From: Schmidtea nova
Lineage: Eukaryota
Length of the DNA: 64,000 bases
Assembly (NCBI GenBank): GCA_044892505.1
Contig: CM097882.1
Span: forward strand, 394,258,001-394,322,000
Direction: 5' to 3'
Shown: one piece after another, positions 13,962-26,905 of the stretch
Position numbering within the stretch: position 1 is the first letter of the stretch
Layout: every line of letters begins with the position of its first letter
Translations under genes and position numbers: made by a program
The notes under the pieces: model-generated
What the model saw: the letters and a program-made list of their open reading frames with translations, nothing else
Databases searched by the model: none
What the model was told of the DNA's origin: nothing

Positions 13962-15840
13962 CTAAACATTATCATCTCAGATCACGCAATATAGCAAGTA
14001 GATTATCAATTTATATATAAATAAAAATATATTAAAATAACTAATTTATTTAAATGGTCGCATGACGTTCAAAGCTGTAATGAATATGACTCATCATAAA
14101 TTCGTAAACTTGCTTAAAACATCGAGAATTTTATTTAACTACTTATTTGATTTTTGAAATTTGTGCGGTTTCATTTGGTACTAAAAATATATAAATCGAT
14201 AATGAAATCGATAAAGGTTGGACATCACTGGTTAAGTCAATATAAATAAAGATTGCGTAAAAATAAAACTGGATTAAAATTTGAATTTTACCGATAAAAC
14301 TTTAACTGAAAAGAAAAGTAGAATAAAAATAAAAACCGTATTAATAGATAAGAATAGAGAATAAATATTATTTTATTAGTATTGTTACATTAAAATTTTC
14401 ATTTTCATCAACGAGTATTACTAAATGATGATCAAAAAAGCATTTAGTAGCATTCTTTGTAAAATACTTCCAAATATTTGATTGATTTTTGAGGTTATGT
14501 TCAAGAAATGGAAATTCCTATTTTTTACGATGTTAAATGAACTACATAGTTTAATTCTATCTTATTGGAGTTAACATATTTTTGATGAAATTCCAATTTA
14601 AAAAATAGTAACAATATATTTCATACTCAGTGTTAGTATCTTCTTTTCCCGAACTTCGGGTATTAATTGCGTCAATCATTAAATAATTAATCATTAACAA
14701 AATTTCAAAACTGTATTTTTTACCACAATTATTTAAACAACGTTAGGAGATTCAAATAAATATGTAATTTTTCTTGACAGAATTTTCATAGAGAATTTAC
14801 AGAATTTACATACATTCAACATACGATTTTTAATTAATTTCAGCTATATTTTAATAAACCTATATATTTAATAAAAACTTTATTAAGACTTTCTATAGTA
14901 CATTTTAAATTTGATTTTAAATATTCTAATTATTAAAATCTGTACTGATAATCATTTTTATTTTAAACGAGATGTTTTCTTTGCAAAATACTTTTTTTAT
15001 TAAAATAATTTTATAAAAATCTTTAGAGTATTTTTAAATATCTCATACTCGGCATATGCAACTTATGATAATAACTTATAATCTTTTGATTTTGCTCTGT
15101 ACTTTGATTTTCATACATGATTCAACACATACTTCAATTCATAATAATATCAGTTATTCATAAAACAGAATCTCCAAAGTTTCTCAAGAGAAAAAATATG
15201 ATCAGGTAAAGAGGCTGTGATGGAGAATTCTCAACAATTCACAATTTCTCGATTTTCGATAATTTCAATTTATTTCTCGATAAAAAAATTTACAATATTT
15301 TTAAATCGAAGCAGTCTTAGTAATTAAATTAATTTTAAACTATGGAGGAACTACAGTTCTTTACAAAATATTGTTTTCTACATTGATGTGGTATAGTTTT
15401 TATCGTTAAACGTAAAATATTTATTTTTAAATATTGTTCTAGATCGACGCATTTTTGGATACGTTGTTCAGTTATTCTTGGTTATTTATTCGTAATATTG
15501 TAAGGTTAAAGTTCAAGTGCAAATATTATTTATTTTTTTATAAGTAAGATTATATTTATAATATAAAACTGTTAATCAATTAATAATATTTGTTTTAAAC
15601 CTTGAAACAATTAAATAATTCAATTTTAATATCGGTTTTTAAGAAATAAAATGAAGCGAAAATTGTTGGTAATCTGGTTGTAGTGTTTTATTATTATATA
15701 ATTAAATGTAGAATTATATTTTAATTATATTTGTTTAAATAAAGAGATGAAGAGAAAAAGGAGAAATTCGAATTTGGAAAGAACCAAAGTTGTTATAAAA
15801 AAATTATTGAATATCTTGTATTCGAATTTATAACAAAATT

Positions 15841-16853
15841 GTGTCAGAAGAAAACCTAGCAATTGGGAAAATGGATGTCAATACCAATGAGACGGAAGAT
15901 TATCGATTAGAAAACGTTTTCGCAGTGGAAAAACCGAAATTACCAGAGTTTTATCTAGGATCTCCAAAAATCTGGTTTGCAATATTTGAGGCAGCAAATG
16001 GAAAATTTTCTTCAATAAACAAAGTGTTATTGTTGATTGCAGCCTTACCTAACAGCCTAATACACGAGTTAGAAGAGAAACTAGAATCCATACTCGCGGA
16101 TAAAGAGCCATATGGAAACTAAAAGATTGCAGTAGAGAAACAATACCTACCTCAACAGAGTAATTTGATAGAGCTCTATTTCAAAACTCCAAGTCTAGGC
16201 ACGTTAAAGCCATCCGAATACATAAAAAACTAAGAAGCAAGTTTCAATCAAGCAACTATTTTTAAGAATATTACCAAAGCAAATTCAACTAATGCTGACA
16301 TTAAATCCACAACAAGACGTGAATGGACTAGAAAAGATCGCAGACAAGCTAATGGAAATAAATGTCCGAGAAATATACAGTATTGGAAACAAAGAAGGGA
16401 TATCGTTCGAGGACATGTGCGTTCCAGCAATTCAAAGAACCAAAACGTTAAATATGGATCGCCGGAAATCAGAACCACTAATATGCTACTTTCATCAGAA
16501 ATTTAAAAACAATGCACTGAAATGATTTATTGGTTGTTAATTAAAGAAAAATAATAATGAAGAAATTAAATCACTATGCATATACCATGGACTATTTCGG
16601 GAAAAGGCCATTAAATATATAGCTGGTTTTTCCTACAAGGCACAATTATCAAAACAGGGAAACGGGCAGAACCTGCCGAGGAAAAACTAACTTCAGTTAG
16701 TTCATCGATCATGAGTATTTTCAAAATAAAATCTAATGTAGTGGGTACAAATAAAAATTTTGATTTTTTAATTGATTCAGGTTCATGTTTGTCAATCATT
16801 CCACCAGATAATAATGTTGCGACACCAAATCAAAGTTTAGTCACGGCAAACGA

Positions 16854-16856
<3 letters not shown>
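15841..16856 (+). pseudogene. Ty3/gypsy gag-protease remnant in CCDC157 intron 2
   Basis: KLPEFYLGSPKIWFAIFEA, PSLGTLKPS, ICYFHQKF (Gag motifs) and FLIDSGSCLSIIPP (aspartic protease); has stops and frameshifts; ends in (TA)n. Confidence 0.8.
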
Positions 16857-16930
<74 letters not shown>

Positions 16931-17262
16931 TATTGATTATTAGTATTTCTTGATAAATTATAACTTCTAATCATGTATTAAATGAAAATTTGAATATAAT
17001 GATTATAAATCGATGCGGGTTTCCTAACGATATTATTATGAAAATATTAATAAATTAAACCTTTTTGGATACCTAAATGATTTCTACAAGCAAATTGTTG
17101 ATTTAATTCCCGTTTTATCCTTTGTTCACCGTACAAAAATATTTGTTATTTGACTTTAATTAATATGGACTTTTTATTCATTGCTAGTTTAAACTATTAA
17201 ATCATGAAATTAATTGCGAATATTTTTTTTAATATGGCAACTTTAATAAAAATAAATAATAC

Positions 17263-17455
17263 TTCTTGTTGGATATTGTCAACATATATAGACAACTGAC
17301 ACAATTTATTCCAATGTTTCTTCGATGTTAATCCTAAACATGGAGACATCATTTTTATCTTTGAATCGCTTTTGCAATTATTTGCACTGGAATGTTTATC
17401 TTTTGATACGATTTTGTCAATGGTTTCACAATGCAGTTGCAGTAGCAAACAAACT
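17263..17455 (-). CDS. CCDC157: CCDC157-like, coding exon 2
   Basis: 47-nt intron 1 (17456-17502); phase 2 in, phase 0 out; VCLLLQL...CLGLTSKKHWNKL resembles human LLLLLQ...SVGLTVRRFWDSL. Confidence 0.85.
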
Positions 17456-17502
17456 CTATTTAAACTTGCAATTCAACAAAAAAACGAATATAAGTTCACT
17501 AC

Positions 17503-17750
17503 CGGTCAACTATCAATTCTAATAGTATAATGTGAGAAATTTGATTGCTTTCGTTGTCATTGGCATCGTATTTATAACTGGTTAGATATTCATCGATATT
17601 CAAATCACATGCAAATTTGTCTGGGAATTTCCATGAAATAGAATTAATTCGACCGATTTTAAATATAATGTCTTTTATGCATGATTGAACATCACTTACA
17701 TCATTTGACAAACTCTGAATGCAATATTCGCTACCCAATAAAAAAGACAT
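17503..17750 (-). CDS. CCDC157: CCDC157-like, first coding exon
   Basis: MSFLLGSEYCIQSLSNDVSDVQ...SWKFPDKFACDL...ISHIILLELIVDR resembles human [22 protein letters not shown]...SWKFPDRMACDL...LSHAVLLELVIDR; cg|gt donor. Confidence 0.9.
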
Positions 17751-19443
17751 TATTTACTATAGAAACCGTTTGAAATATTTAACAGTTGATTATTTAAACA
17801 ATTCTTTATTTAATATCTACAATAAAAGTTAATTTTAGATATAATTATTTTAAGGTATTTTATTCGAAAATATGTATGAATGAGTTTTTAATTTTATTGT
17901 GAATTACTTTTTAGCTTCAGTTTTATCAAATAAACATTCTAAAAAAGAAAATATTATTTTTTTTTGAACTTGAAACTTTCTAATGTTGTTCGCGAATTAT
18001 AAGGATATTAAAAATTTCTGCCATAAACTTTTACCGTTGTATTCAACTTTACTTGTTCTAATGACTTTTATTACGCTTTTTATTTAATAATGATCAGTGA
18101 AATTGCGAATAATTCAGTTATAAAATTTACAACATATGGATACTTCAATACAGTAATAACAAAGATATTATTGCATGAACGAGAACGTATTACGACAAGT
18201 AAAAAGCCTAGTAAATTCTTGAGATTACTTAGAATTTGTTTATAATTTGAAATTAGTCTATATGAAGAGAAAACGATACAACGACAGCTATATCATTGAT
18301 CATGTGTTCAAACCAATTACCTAATAAAAATCACAATAGTTCCGAATTTATGATACGCAGTAAAATACAAATTTGATAATAATCCCATTAGTTTTAAGGA
18401 CTTTCAAATTTTCAAAAATTGTTGAGTCCATATAAATGGTTTACCAGGTAAAATGTTTGTTCTCTAAATAATAAGAATATATTGTTAATAATAAATTGTT
18501 ATAGAAAAAAGATTTCAATAAAAATTTATTAAATTTCGATAAATAAGTAAAAGCTTTGGTTTATAATAAAAATTTCAAGATGAAATAAAATTATTTAGAA
18601 TTTTTATAAAATTTTACGCAAAATTAATTGCACACTTGATAAATACCATGTCGAAATATTGTGTACTTTAAAACCAAATACTTTGATCTATATTTGTGTC
18701 ATTATGGAAATTATTGATATAAATAAAAAAAGACCAAAGGTGAAACCAAAAGATAATTATCATAGCAAAAATAATAATCTAAATCGGAAAATTTTATTTG
18801 AAAGAAATCAAAAATTTACACAAAGAAAATATCAGCAGACAGAAATAACAATCCGAATCGAGAATTTATTCAGTTAACTGAATTTGAAATGTAAGGATCA
18901 TGCACCCGATAGTTCCATACCAGGTATTTCTTTTTATAAATTTTTTTATTTATTATTATTGTCATTTTATTATTCACATATATATTTTTATTAACAATCT
19001 AAATGTTTTATAATTACTGTTTTTGAATTTCATTTCATAATACTTTTGGGAAAATTTGTCAAATATTTTCCAAATAACCAATGTAAGTATAAAAACTACT
19101 TGTTTTAATATTATATAATTTTATTTTACTTAATTAAATTCTCTTCCATACCTTCCGAAATTGGTGCTGGCTTGCCGAATAGCACGAGCCAGTATCAATC
19201 ATGTAGCCTAAGTAGATCGCCGGTTAATGATATAACTTTATTTACTATGTCATGTCTCTATAGTTGCTCATTTCATCTATCCTCGGCCCCTAATTTTGTA
19301 TGCCGATGTACAAGGATGGTTGCCTGGCCAAGAGTATCTAAAAAGAGTATCAAACTAAAAGTGTTTTTATGTATAATATCGTATTCTATTTTGATTTAAA
19401 ATATTGTATTTTTGAAAATAAATACAACACAACATACGGTAAC

Positions 19444-20352
19444 GTCTCACTAGAGCGCATCCCATTAGAGCGCAAAAATATTTTACTCCCATTAGAGCGC
19501 ATCCCGTTAGAGCGCAACCAGTGGCATAACTTCAAATTCTGGGCCCCCTGCAATGTTTTAAAAAGGATCAACTAAATTAGTAAGATGCAAATTTTAATGA
19601 TATTAAATTTATAATGATTTAAAGTGGTAGCCTTACGTTTAACATACTGCATTTATTGTTTAAACAGTTTTACAGGCAAAAATGATTGAGATTATGACTA
19701 ACACCAGTTATCATTTCAATGGCATCAATGTTCCCATTGTTATACAATACTGTCAGTCTCTCTATGCGTTTTTCAATGGCCACATATTTCTTGTCCTGCA
19801 GCAATTTGCAGTCGAGTTACTGAGGAACTGGCCTGTTCGTCACGAATTGAAGTAAGTAGACGCCATATGTTTGGGTGATGTGCGTTAACCAGACGATTAA
19901 AGCGGTTATGCCAGCCTTCACAATGATTGTTCGTTCTAAAGTTGACTTGGTAGACATTCCACATCTGTATAGGAATATTTACCATCCACTGTTGTTTGAA
20001 ATATGCAAAGAGTGATGCTGAAACGGGGGGCAGCGGACAAGCGAAGCTGTTGAAAGATTGTCCGGATCAGAAGTCTTGGTGCGAATCCCAAAGCCATCAA
20101 CTGTCTGACTTGTAGCCAAATAGCATCATCCTGTACATATCATCGTCCTTTTTTCTTTACGTTCTAACGGGATGCGCCCTAATGGGATGCGCCCTAATGG
20201 GATGCTCCCTAATGGGATGCGCCCTAATGGGATGCGCCCTAATGGGATGCGCCCTAATGCGATGCGCCCTAATAGGATGCGCTCTAGTGAGACTACAAAA
20301 ACTGTTGGCGCTCTAGTGGAGTACGCTCTAATGGGATGCGCTCTAGTGAGAC
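19444..20352 (-). mobile_element. Deleted MULE/Mutator-like transposon with repeat-rich TIRs
   Basis: Inverted ends gtctcactagagcgcatcccattagagcg / cgctctaatgggatgcgctctagtgagac; internal FRTNNHCEGWHNRFNRLVNAHHPNIWRLL (MULE transposase C-terminal motif); no clean TSD seen. Confidence 0.75.
20166..20290. repeat. 15-bp tandem array (aatgggatgcgccct) of about 8 copies, a subterminal repeat of the MULE-like element
   Basis: Direct reading; the same unit occurs inverted at 19450-19520. Confidence 0.9.
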
Positions 20353-21363
20353 CAAATCCAACATACATCTGTTTACGAAAATTTGTGAATATACAATCCA
20401 TATTAGAACATCAATACATCCGAAATAGTTCTCTTAGTCTGTTTTACTCGAAGAAAATTTAAAAAAGGCCGATTTATTTTGCCTTTTAGACTAAATTTAC
20501 AGATATTTACGATCATAATTGAATAAATATTTGATTTAGATTGGTCAAAATAGTCATATAACCTTGAAACTTTGTATATTTTTGTATATTTTTGTATATT
20601 TAAATCTATATTAGATATATCTATGGTTGAAGAATTGTATAATCGTGACTAAACTGGCTAGATCAACACTGAAATGGCCGTAAAAGCTCTACAAGTATTA
20701 TAACTGAATGTTTTTGAATAAAAATTGAAATTCTAAAAGATTCACTATTCTAATAGCCAGTTTGTATATTTATCAATATTTAGAGTAGTATCAATTTGTG
20801 TTTCCCCTATATTTTACTCTAATTCAGTAACTTTTCTCTTAATGTCTACAAAAGTTATGTTATTATAAACTAAAGAGCCTAAGGTAAAGTAATTTTTGGA
20901 AAGTTCTCTAAAAAATTCTCCAAATTTATAGTTATGGAAATTAAGTTTAATGTTTAGTTCAATATTATTTTCATATTTTCTTTTTATTGATCTGATTTTG
21001 TTGAATAAAACGGATAAAATTTATAATTATTATCGTTATATGTTTCATATAGCCAGGGCCGTAACAAGGGTGGTGCGAGCGGTGCAGTCGCACAGGGCGC
21101 ACACCTTAAAGGGGCGCAAAATTGGGAAGTAAATTTTTTTAATGTTACCAAAAAATAAAAAAATTATCAAATGGCATGCCCGTAAAAGACGACACTCTAG
21201 CTAGCCTATTTTTAACATTACTGGTGTGACTGGTCCATTAGCGTACCTTCGTAGGTGTGTATTTCGGAACGTTTGACAAGTTGATAAAGTGTGTCAATTG
21301 AAATTTATTTTGCATATTCTTTGAACTATGAAAACTGGTTCGCCGCGTCCAGCTCCGATTTGG

Positions 21364-21858
21364 TAATTCTTTATTTTGACGAAGCTTCTTTTCCTCATAG
21401 CTTTTAGTTTCTAACTGTTTTCCACCGACCGCAACAGCTCGACGACCAGCTACAAATCCACTGGGATCGGTTTTGAATAACAGTGGCTTATACATCTCCT
21501 TATCATAAGAAAATGCGATCATTGAACAACCTAATGGCATTATCGCAGCTGATTGAGTGTACAATTGATTAATATCGGCAATACATCGACAAGTCATGTC
21601 ACAGGACATTTCGCATTTAAATCGTGCAGCTTCCATTTGTGCACGGAATACTTGCGATTCGCAATCAGGAATCATTCCGGTCCTAACGCAACCGGTACTT
21701 TCAGTTATGTTAAATAATCTTGTAGCTGAACTCTTTTCATTCATTTTATCTGAGACTTTTCTTTGTGTAGCAACTACGCCACAATCATTATCTCGAACAT
21801 CAACAGAAAGTAATCTATCCAACGCAATCGCTTTAAATGCATAGTCGACCTGAAATAA
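21364..21858 (-). pseudogene. PSMA6: Intronless truncated proteasome alpha-1 (PSMA6) fragment, copy A
   Basis: LFQVDYAFKAI...VRDNDCGVVATQRKVSDK...LFNITESTGCVRTGM...IADINQLYTQ...PLGCSMI...KTDPSG resembles human PSMA6; both termini are missing. Confidence 0.9.
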
Positions 21859-22381
21859 TGCGCCCAAAGACATTTCACTATTCATATTTAAAATTCAAAT
21901 CAACAATTCCAAGTCACGAGGATTGTATTCAATTCCACGAATTACAATTCCAAATTCAAAAAATCCAATCAGTTTCCAATAAATTCCAAACTGCAAAATT
22001 CGAAAAACCAAAAATCACATTAAGCAAAAATTTAAACTTAAAAGTTCCAAATCACGAAACTGAAAATTAAATCCACTCAGCAAAAAATTAAACTCAAAAA
22101 GTCCCCAAAATAAATCAATTAATCCAGTAAAACAACTCTACAAAAATCTTTATTAAATTTTTCAATATGAGAAAATGTTTTTTAATCACTTCCAAAAATT
22201 CGAAAATTCCAATGCATTTACATCAAACAATCCACCAATAAATAAATCCAACTAGCCCAGAAATAAATTCCAATTAATACCGATAAACAAAATAGCCCAG
22301 TTAAACGAATCAATGTCGTTATTAAGTTTTCAAAGAAAAACCAAAATGGATTTATTTTCTTCCAAGATAAAATTCCACCAC

Positions 22382-22442
22382 TCGCGTCTGTGTGCGCACC
22401 CCAATCACAATAGATATAACACCACCGCGCACACAGACGCGA
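22382..22442. other. GC-rich hairpin (16-bp perfect stem, 29-nt loop), cassette A
   Basis: tcgcgtctgtgtgcgc (22382-97) pairs with gcgcacacagacgcga (22427-42). Confidence 0.9.
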
Positions 22443-22640
22443 TGTAATTTGTCTTTCATTGTGATATTAGGCCTGGTTCGGAAATGATATTCACTGGACC
22501 AGCGAGATTGTTTACATGTTTATTAAATGATGATGTTGGAGCTGAAGCTGGTTGACACCGATTTGATCGCATTGAGAATTGAGTAACACCACTGTTTTTT
22601 TCCAAATTTCGTATTATCTTCTTTCCAATCACTCATTTCA

Positions 22641-22683
22641 CATATAAGATTTATATAGATTTCGATAAGTCCGTGTTTACGGC
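22641..22683 (-). other. Full-length planarian spliced-leader exon copy lacking the SL intron (relict SL)
   Basis: Reads GCCGTAAACACGGACTTATCGAAATCTATATAAATCTTATATG; the last 29 nt are identical to S. mediterranea SL1 as I recall it; followed by TGAA-ATG rather than a GT donor. Confidence 0.85.
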
Positions 22684-24289
22684 TTCCAGACTCGCCCTAC
22701 AATCTCTCACAGCAATCAAGCTCCCAATTAATTATTTTAATTTTTATTTAATTAATTTTTAAATACATTATTAAAAGGGCGCGACCAACAACATTATTGA
22801 CGATTTTGCATCATCAAAAGCTCACAAAGTTTATATTAAATAGGTTTGAATAAGCTTGTTATATAATATTTTTTATAAAATCTTACAACTCCATTACTAT
22901 ACCAGCTAGCTGATGATAAAAGTAAAAGTTTCATTTTGTAAAATTTTAGTCCACACTATTGGTTCTTATCATTTTTTCAATTAGCAACAGAATTTTAAGA
23001 GCCGTACTACCTATTACAATAGCCGGAGATGAATACATAGTTAACAATCTTAACATGAACATTATAATTATTATAGTAGGCTGTTTTAAATTCGCGTGCT
23101 GGGGACGCCAGATATGTGAACCGCACAGGGCGCAATAATAAATTGTTACGGCCCTGCATATAGCTAACCAGTTTAAAATGGTAAATCGGTTCTAATGGTG
23201 CGACTTGTTATATTTGATTTGATATTTCATTATTGATAAACCGACAAATTGTAAGTATCCATAAATTCCACAAATTAATAAAACATAAAATTCAAAAACT
23301 TTTCCTAAACAGATAAAAATTACCATAATCTTCATCTCATAATACTTAATAAAAGTAATTACGAATGTTAAAGGAAACATAATTAAGAATTAAGAGTTTT
23401 AAGAGCAAGATAGATAACGCTAAAATGTTTGAAAATTGAGCTTGAAGAAGTATATGATCCATTGTATTGAGTTTCATTTTGAAATGTGATGAAAATCAAG
23501 TTAGGCATTCTTATTATCTTTCTTTTATTTATAGGAAATTGTGTGATTTTCTTTGATTTTAAAGTATATATTGCATGTGTAGAATCAAGTCCAATTTGAT
23601 GACCTTCTAATATCAACGTATCAACTCGGACTCTTCTTATCAATAATTTTGCTATAATATTTTCAACCTGGTGTGGACAATACCGTCTGAAAGTAAAGAT
23701 TTCGGCTGATTCATTAAATCAAATTATAATGATGAACACAAGGTAAAGGCTTTTGAGCCTTTAATCCACTTTTTCCTATTTTCATCGCTATCATAATCCA
23801 TAAGAGTAAGACCCGTATTTTTAGTATTGTAATAATAATTTAAAATAATATTTAGCAATTCCTTGTGAATGTTTGCATTATTAGCACCATCAATTTTTAA
23901 TTATTAAATAGGAGAGTCGCATCTTTAGAAAGCGCATGAAACATGAGGTTGCTTGAAATTGTAGCATCATTATCATTCGATATGGTGCTTGGAGCTTAAA
24001 TCTAGTGTGTCGAAAATTGTGTTGTATGTAAAGATTCAATGCGAGTTACAATACCAATGGATACGTTTGTTTCCATCACTTTAAAAGACAACAATCTGTA
24101 CATATTTTGGTTGCTGAAATACAAAAGGCATACTATGATGACCTTTACAATACAAAGTAATTATTGAAGATTTTTTTAAATAAAGAATTATTTTTGAAAT
24201 ACTTTGTATTTTTTGTTGTTTTTAGAGTTTATATGAGTTTTTTATTGTTGACGATTAAACTCTAAGTAATTTGATGTAAACATTATTGA

Positions 24290-24510
24290 ATTCGGACCAT
24301 TTTTGCCAAAGTAATGTTTTTTTCGTGTAAATTTGACCAGAAGAGACCAATTTTTCATGTTTTTACTTTTTTTGTTGTCCATTCAACTCTTAGTAGATTA
24401 GTATACAAATTATTGAATTCTGATCATTTTTGGATTTTTGGAAATTGTGGGAGTCGAGCGTTTTTACATGTAAATTTACCGCGGACTTTAACATATTCAT
24501 GTTTTTGTTA
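24290..24510. repeat. Diverged copy of the about 152-bp satellite unit found inside the giant palindrome
   Basis: ccattcaactcttagtagattagtatacaaattattgaattctga resembles ccattcaattctcagtagattggtataaaaattattgaattctga (53350-53395). Confidence 0.7.
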
Positions 24511-25634
24511 AAAATGAAATAATTTTTAAGATTTTGAGAAAACTTTGAAAAAATTAATAATTTTTATAATTTTTGATAAAATTTTGATAAAATTTTGAAA
24601 AATAAAACAAAATAAAAATATTATTTTTTTCAGTATTACATAATCAATTACACAATGTTCAAATAGTATGTAACGAGCAAAGTGATAAATCAATGTTTAC
24701 GTAACACAAATATGTTATGTAATCAATCAAATAATGTATAAAGTAGTACGTAACATATAAAGTATTATGTAACATTAACGTAGAGTTATGAAATATGTAA
24801 AGTTTTACTGAATTGTTACAAGATGGTTACATAATACATATGTTGAGGTTCCCAGAATCTCAACTTTGTATCTTAAATAAATAAATAAGATAACACTGGT
24901 TCGTACTAAATTTTCATTAAATAACAAAATAATAATTACCAAGATAAATCAAAATCAAACAGCTTCTTTCTAATCAAAATTTGTCTGTGTGTAAATGTTT
25001 TATGATTATAATATGTGATGCGTGAATTCTGCTCTGAGTTTGATTTACTGTATGCTCTATTTTAATTTTATAGTCGATAATAACTACAAGATTTTTAATA
25101 GCAGTGATTTTTGGAGTGATTTGAATGAAAAATCAGTCAGTTCATGTACTAAAATTTAGGGCACTTAATCTGTCAATAATGATTGTTATTTTGCTTCTTG
25201 AGTTGATTGAAATTGTTTTGAAAAAAGAATTGTTTTCAAAACAGAATTGTTTTCAAAATTATTTTTTAACCTTTGAATATTATTTTATTTTGCTGACCTT
25301 TGTAGGTCATACATATAATTTATTTAAACAAACATTAATTAATTTATTTTTAATTTATTTAAACAATCTGTATTATTTATTTATTTTATTATTATTATAA
25401 TTTATTGAATTAAAATATTAAAATATAAAAGAAAATATAATCTATTTTCCAAATAGTTTAAAAAATTAATTAACATAAAATATTTTCAAAACAAAATATT
25501 CTTTCAAAATTATATAAAATTTTGTCCGTCATCATAAAAAATGTTAATAAAGAATTTAAAAATTAATTAAATTAAAATTAAAATAATTAATTGGGTGCTT
25601 GATCGCTGTGAGAGATTGTAAGGCGAGCCTGGAA

Positions 25635-25661
25635 GCCGTTAGACGGTCTTATCTAAATCTA
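25635..25661 (+). other. 3'-truncated spliced-leader copy, cassette B
   Basis: GCCGTTAGACGGTCTTATCTAAATCTA matches SL1 nt 1-27 with one mismatch; preceded by the same leader as cassettes A and C. Confidence 0.85.
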
Positions 25662-26029
25662 AAGCTATCAAAAACCAGCCTCACGTCTCAACATTTGAAA
25701 CAGATCTGTATTTCCCTGCATTCTCTAGTTGGATTGAATATTTCTCAAACATCAGTTATCGAGAAATTTCTTGGAATTTCTTGATATTCACATGTTAGAC
25801 TTTCGTGCATTTTACAATTGTCTTTCCACACTAAAAGCCCAAACAAAACTCCGATATTTGGATTTATCACACAATGACCCCGAGAAAATAGACATAGGCA
25901 CGGATTTGGATATTTTATCGTGTCGTTTTCTGAAATCCATTCGTTGATTGGACTTTTCTGGTAATCAAAACAACATTAAAACCAAGACTCTGCTGGGCAT
26001 GTTGAGAAAAGCCAGTGCAAGGACCATCA
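25659..26029 (+). pseudogene. Internal fragment of a leucine-rich-repeat protein gene
   Basis: LKLSKTSL...LVGLNISQT/LEFLDI...LRYLDLSHN...IR*LDFSGNQ; one frameshift and one stop. Confidence 0.7.
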
Positions 26030-26087
26030 CGTCTGTATGCGCGACGGTGATGTTTAATGAGGTTGAATTGGTGTGCGCACACAGACG
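26030..26087. other. GC-rich hairpin, cassette B (homologue of 22382-22442)
   Basis: cgtctgtatgcgc pairs with gcgcacacagacg; 13-bp stem with one mismatch, 32-nt loop. Confidence 0.8.
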
Positions 26088-26419
26088 CGAGTAGTTGAAT
26101 TTGTCGTCGAATTAAAAATAAATTATCGAATTTTTGGAATTAATGTGGAATTTTTGAACTTAATTAAAAACATTTCAGATTTTGTTTAACTGATTTAATT
26201 AATTTAGTTTGGCGGAGTTTTGGATTTAAATGCTTTGGTACAATATGGCTGAATTGCATTGATTTGTTTAACTGGGTTATTGTTGTTTTTTGGATTAATG
26301 TAATTTATGAATTAATGTGTATTTTTGATTTCGGTTTCGTGTACCATTGGAAATAAACTTTGGAATTTGATTTATTGTAATTGACCGTTTTTGATTTAAA
26401 TTAAATGGAATTTCAATTT

Positions 26420-26905
26420 GTCGACTATGCATTTAAAGCGATTGCGTTGGATAGATTACTTTCTGTTGGTGTTCGAGATAATGATTGTGGCGTAGTTGCT
26501 ACACAAAGAAAAGTCCCAGATAAAATGAATGAAAAGAGTTCAGTTACAAGATTATTTAACATAACTGAAAGTACCGGTTGCGTTAGGACCGGAATGATTC
26601 CTGATTGCGAATCGCAAGTATTCCGTGCACAAATGGAAGCTGTACGATTTAAATGCGAAATGTCCTGTGACATGACTTGTCGATGTATTGCCGATATTAA
26701 TCAATTGTACACTCAATCATCTGCGATGATGCCATTAGGTTGTTCAATGATCGCATTTTCTTATGATAAGGAGATGGATAAGCCACTGTTATTCAAAACC
26801 GATCCCAGTGAATTTTTAGCTGGTCATCGAACTGTTGCGCTCGGTGGAAAACAGTTGGAAACTAAAGCTATGAGGAAAAGAAGCTTCGTAAAAATAAAGA
26901 ATTAA
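26420..26905 (+). pseudogene. PSMA6: Intronless truncated PSMA6 fragment, copy B (inverted relative to copy A)
   Basis: Near-identical to copy A; shares the small deletion at FKCEMSCD; 1-bp frameshift near the 3' end. Confidence 0.9.

Larger units (their letters stand above)
21054..23156. mobile_element. Non-autonomous hAT element enclosing SL-cassette A
   Basis: 14-bp TIR CAGGGCCGTAACAA / TTGTTACGGCCCTG; perfect 8-bp TSD CATATAGC (21046-53, 23157-64); no transposase. Confidence 0.9.

Noticed and set aside
20126-20462. MRPNG / LGRIP repeat proteins
   Set aside because: These are translations of a 15-bp subterminal DNA repeat of the MULE-like element.
22641-22683. Functional SL RNA gene
   Set aside because: There is no GT donor, SL intron or Sm site after the exon; the other two copies are truncated within the exon.
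23383-23643. 86-aa minus-strand ORF; also 6874-7062, 57141-57431 and an unannotated frame near 32.7-32.95 kb
   Set aside because: No recognisable domain or splice context that I can support.
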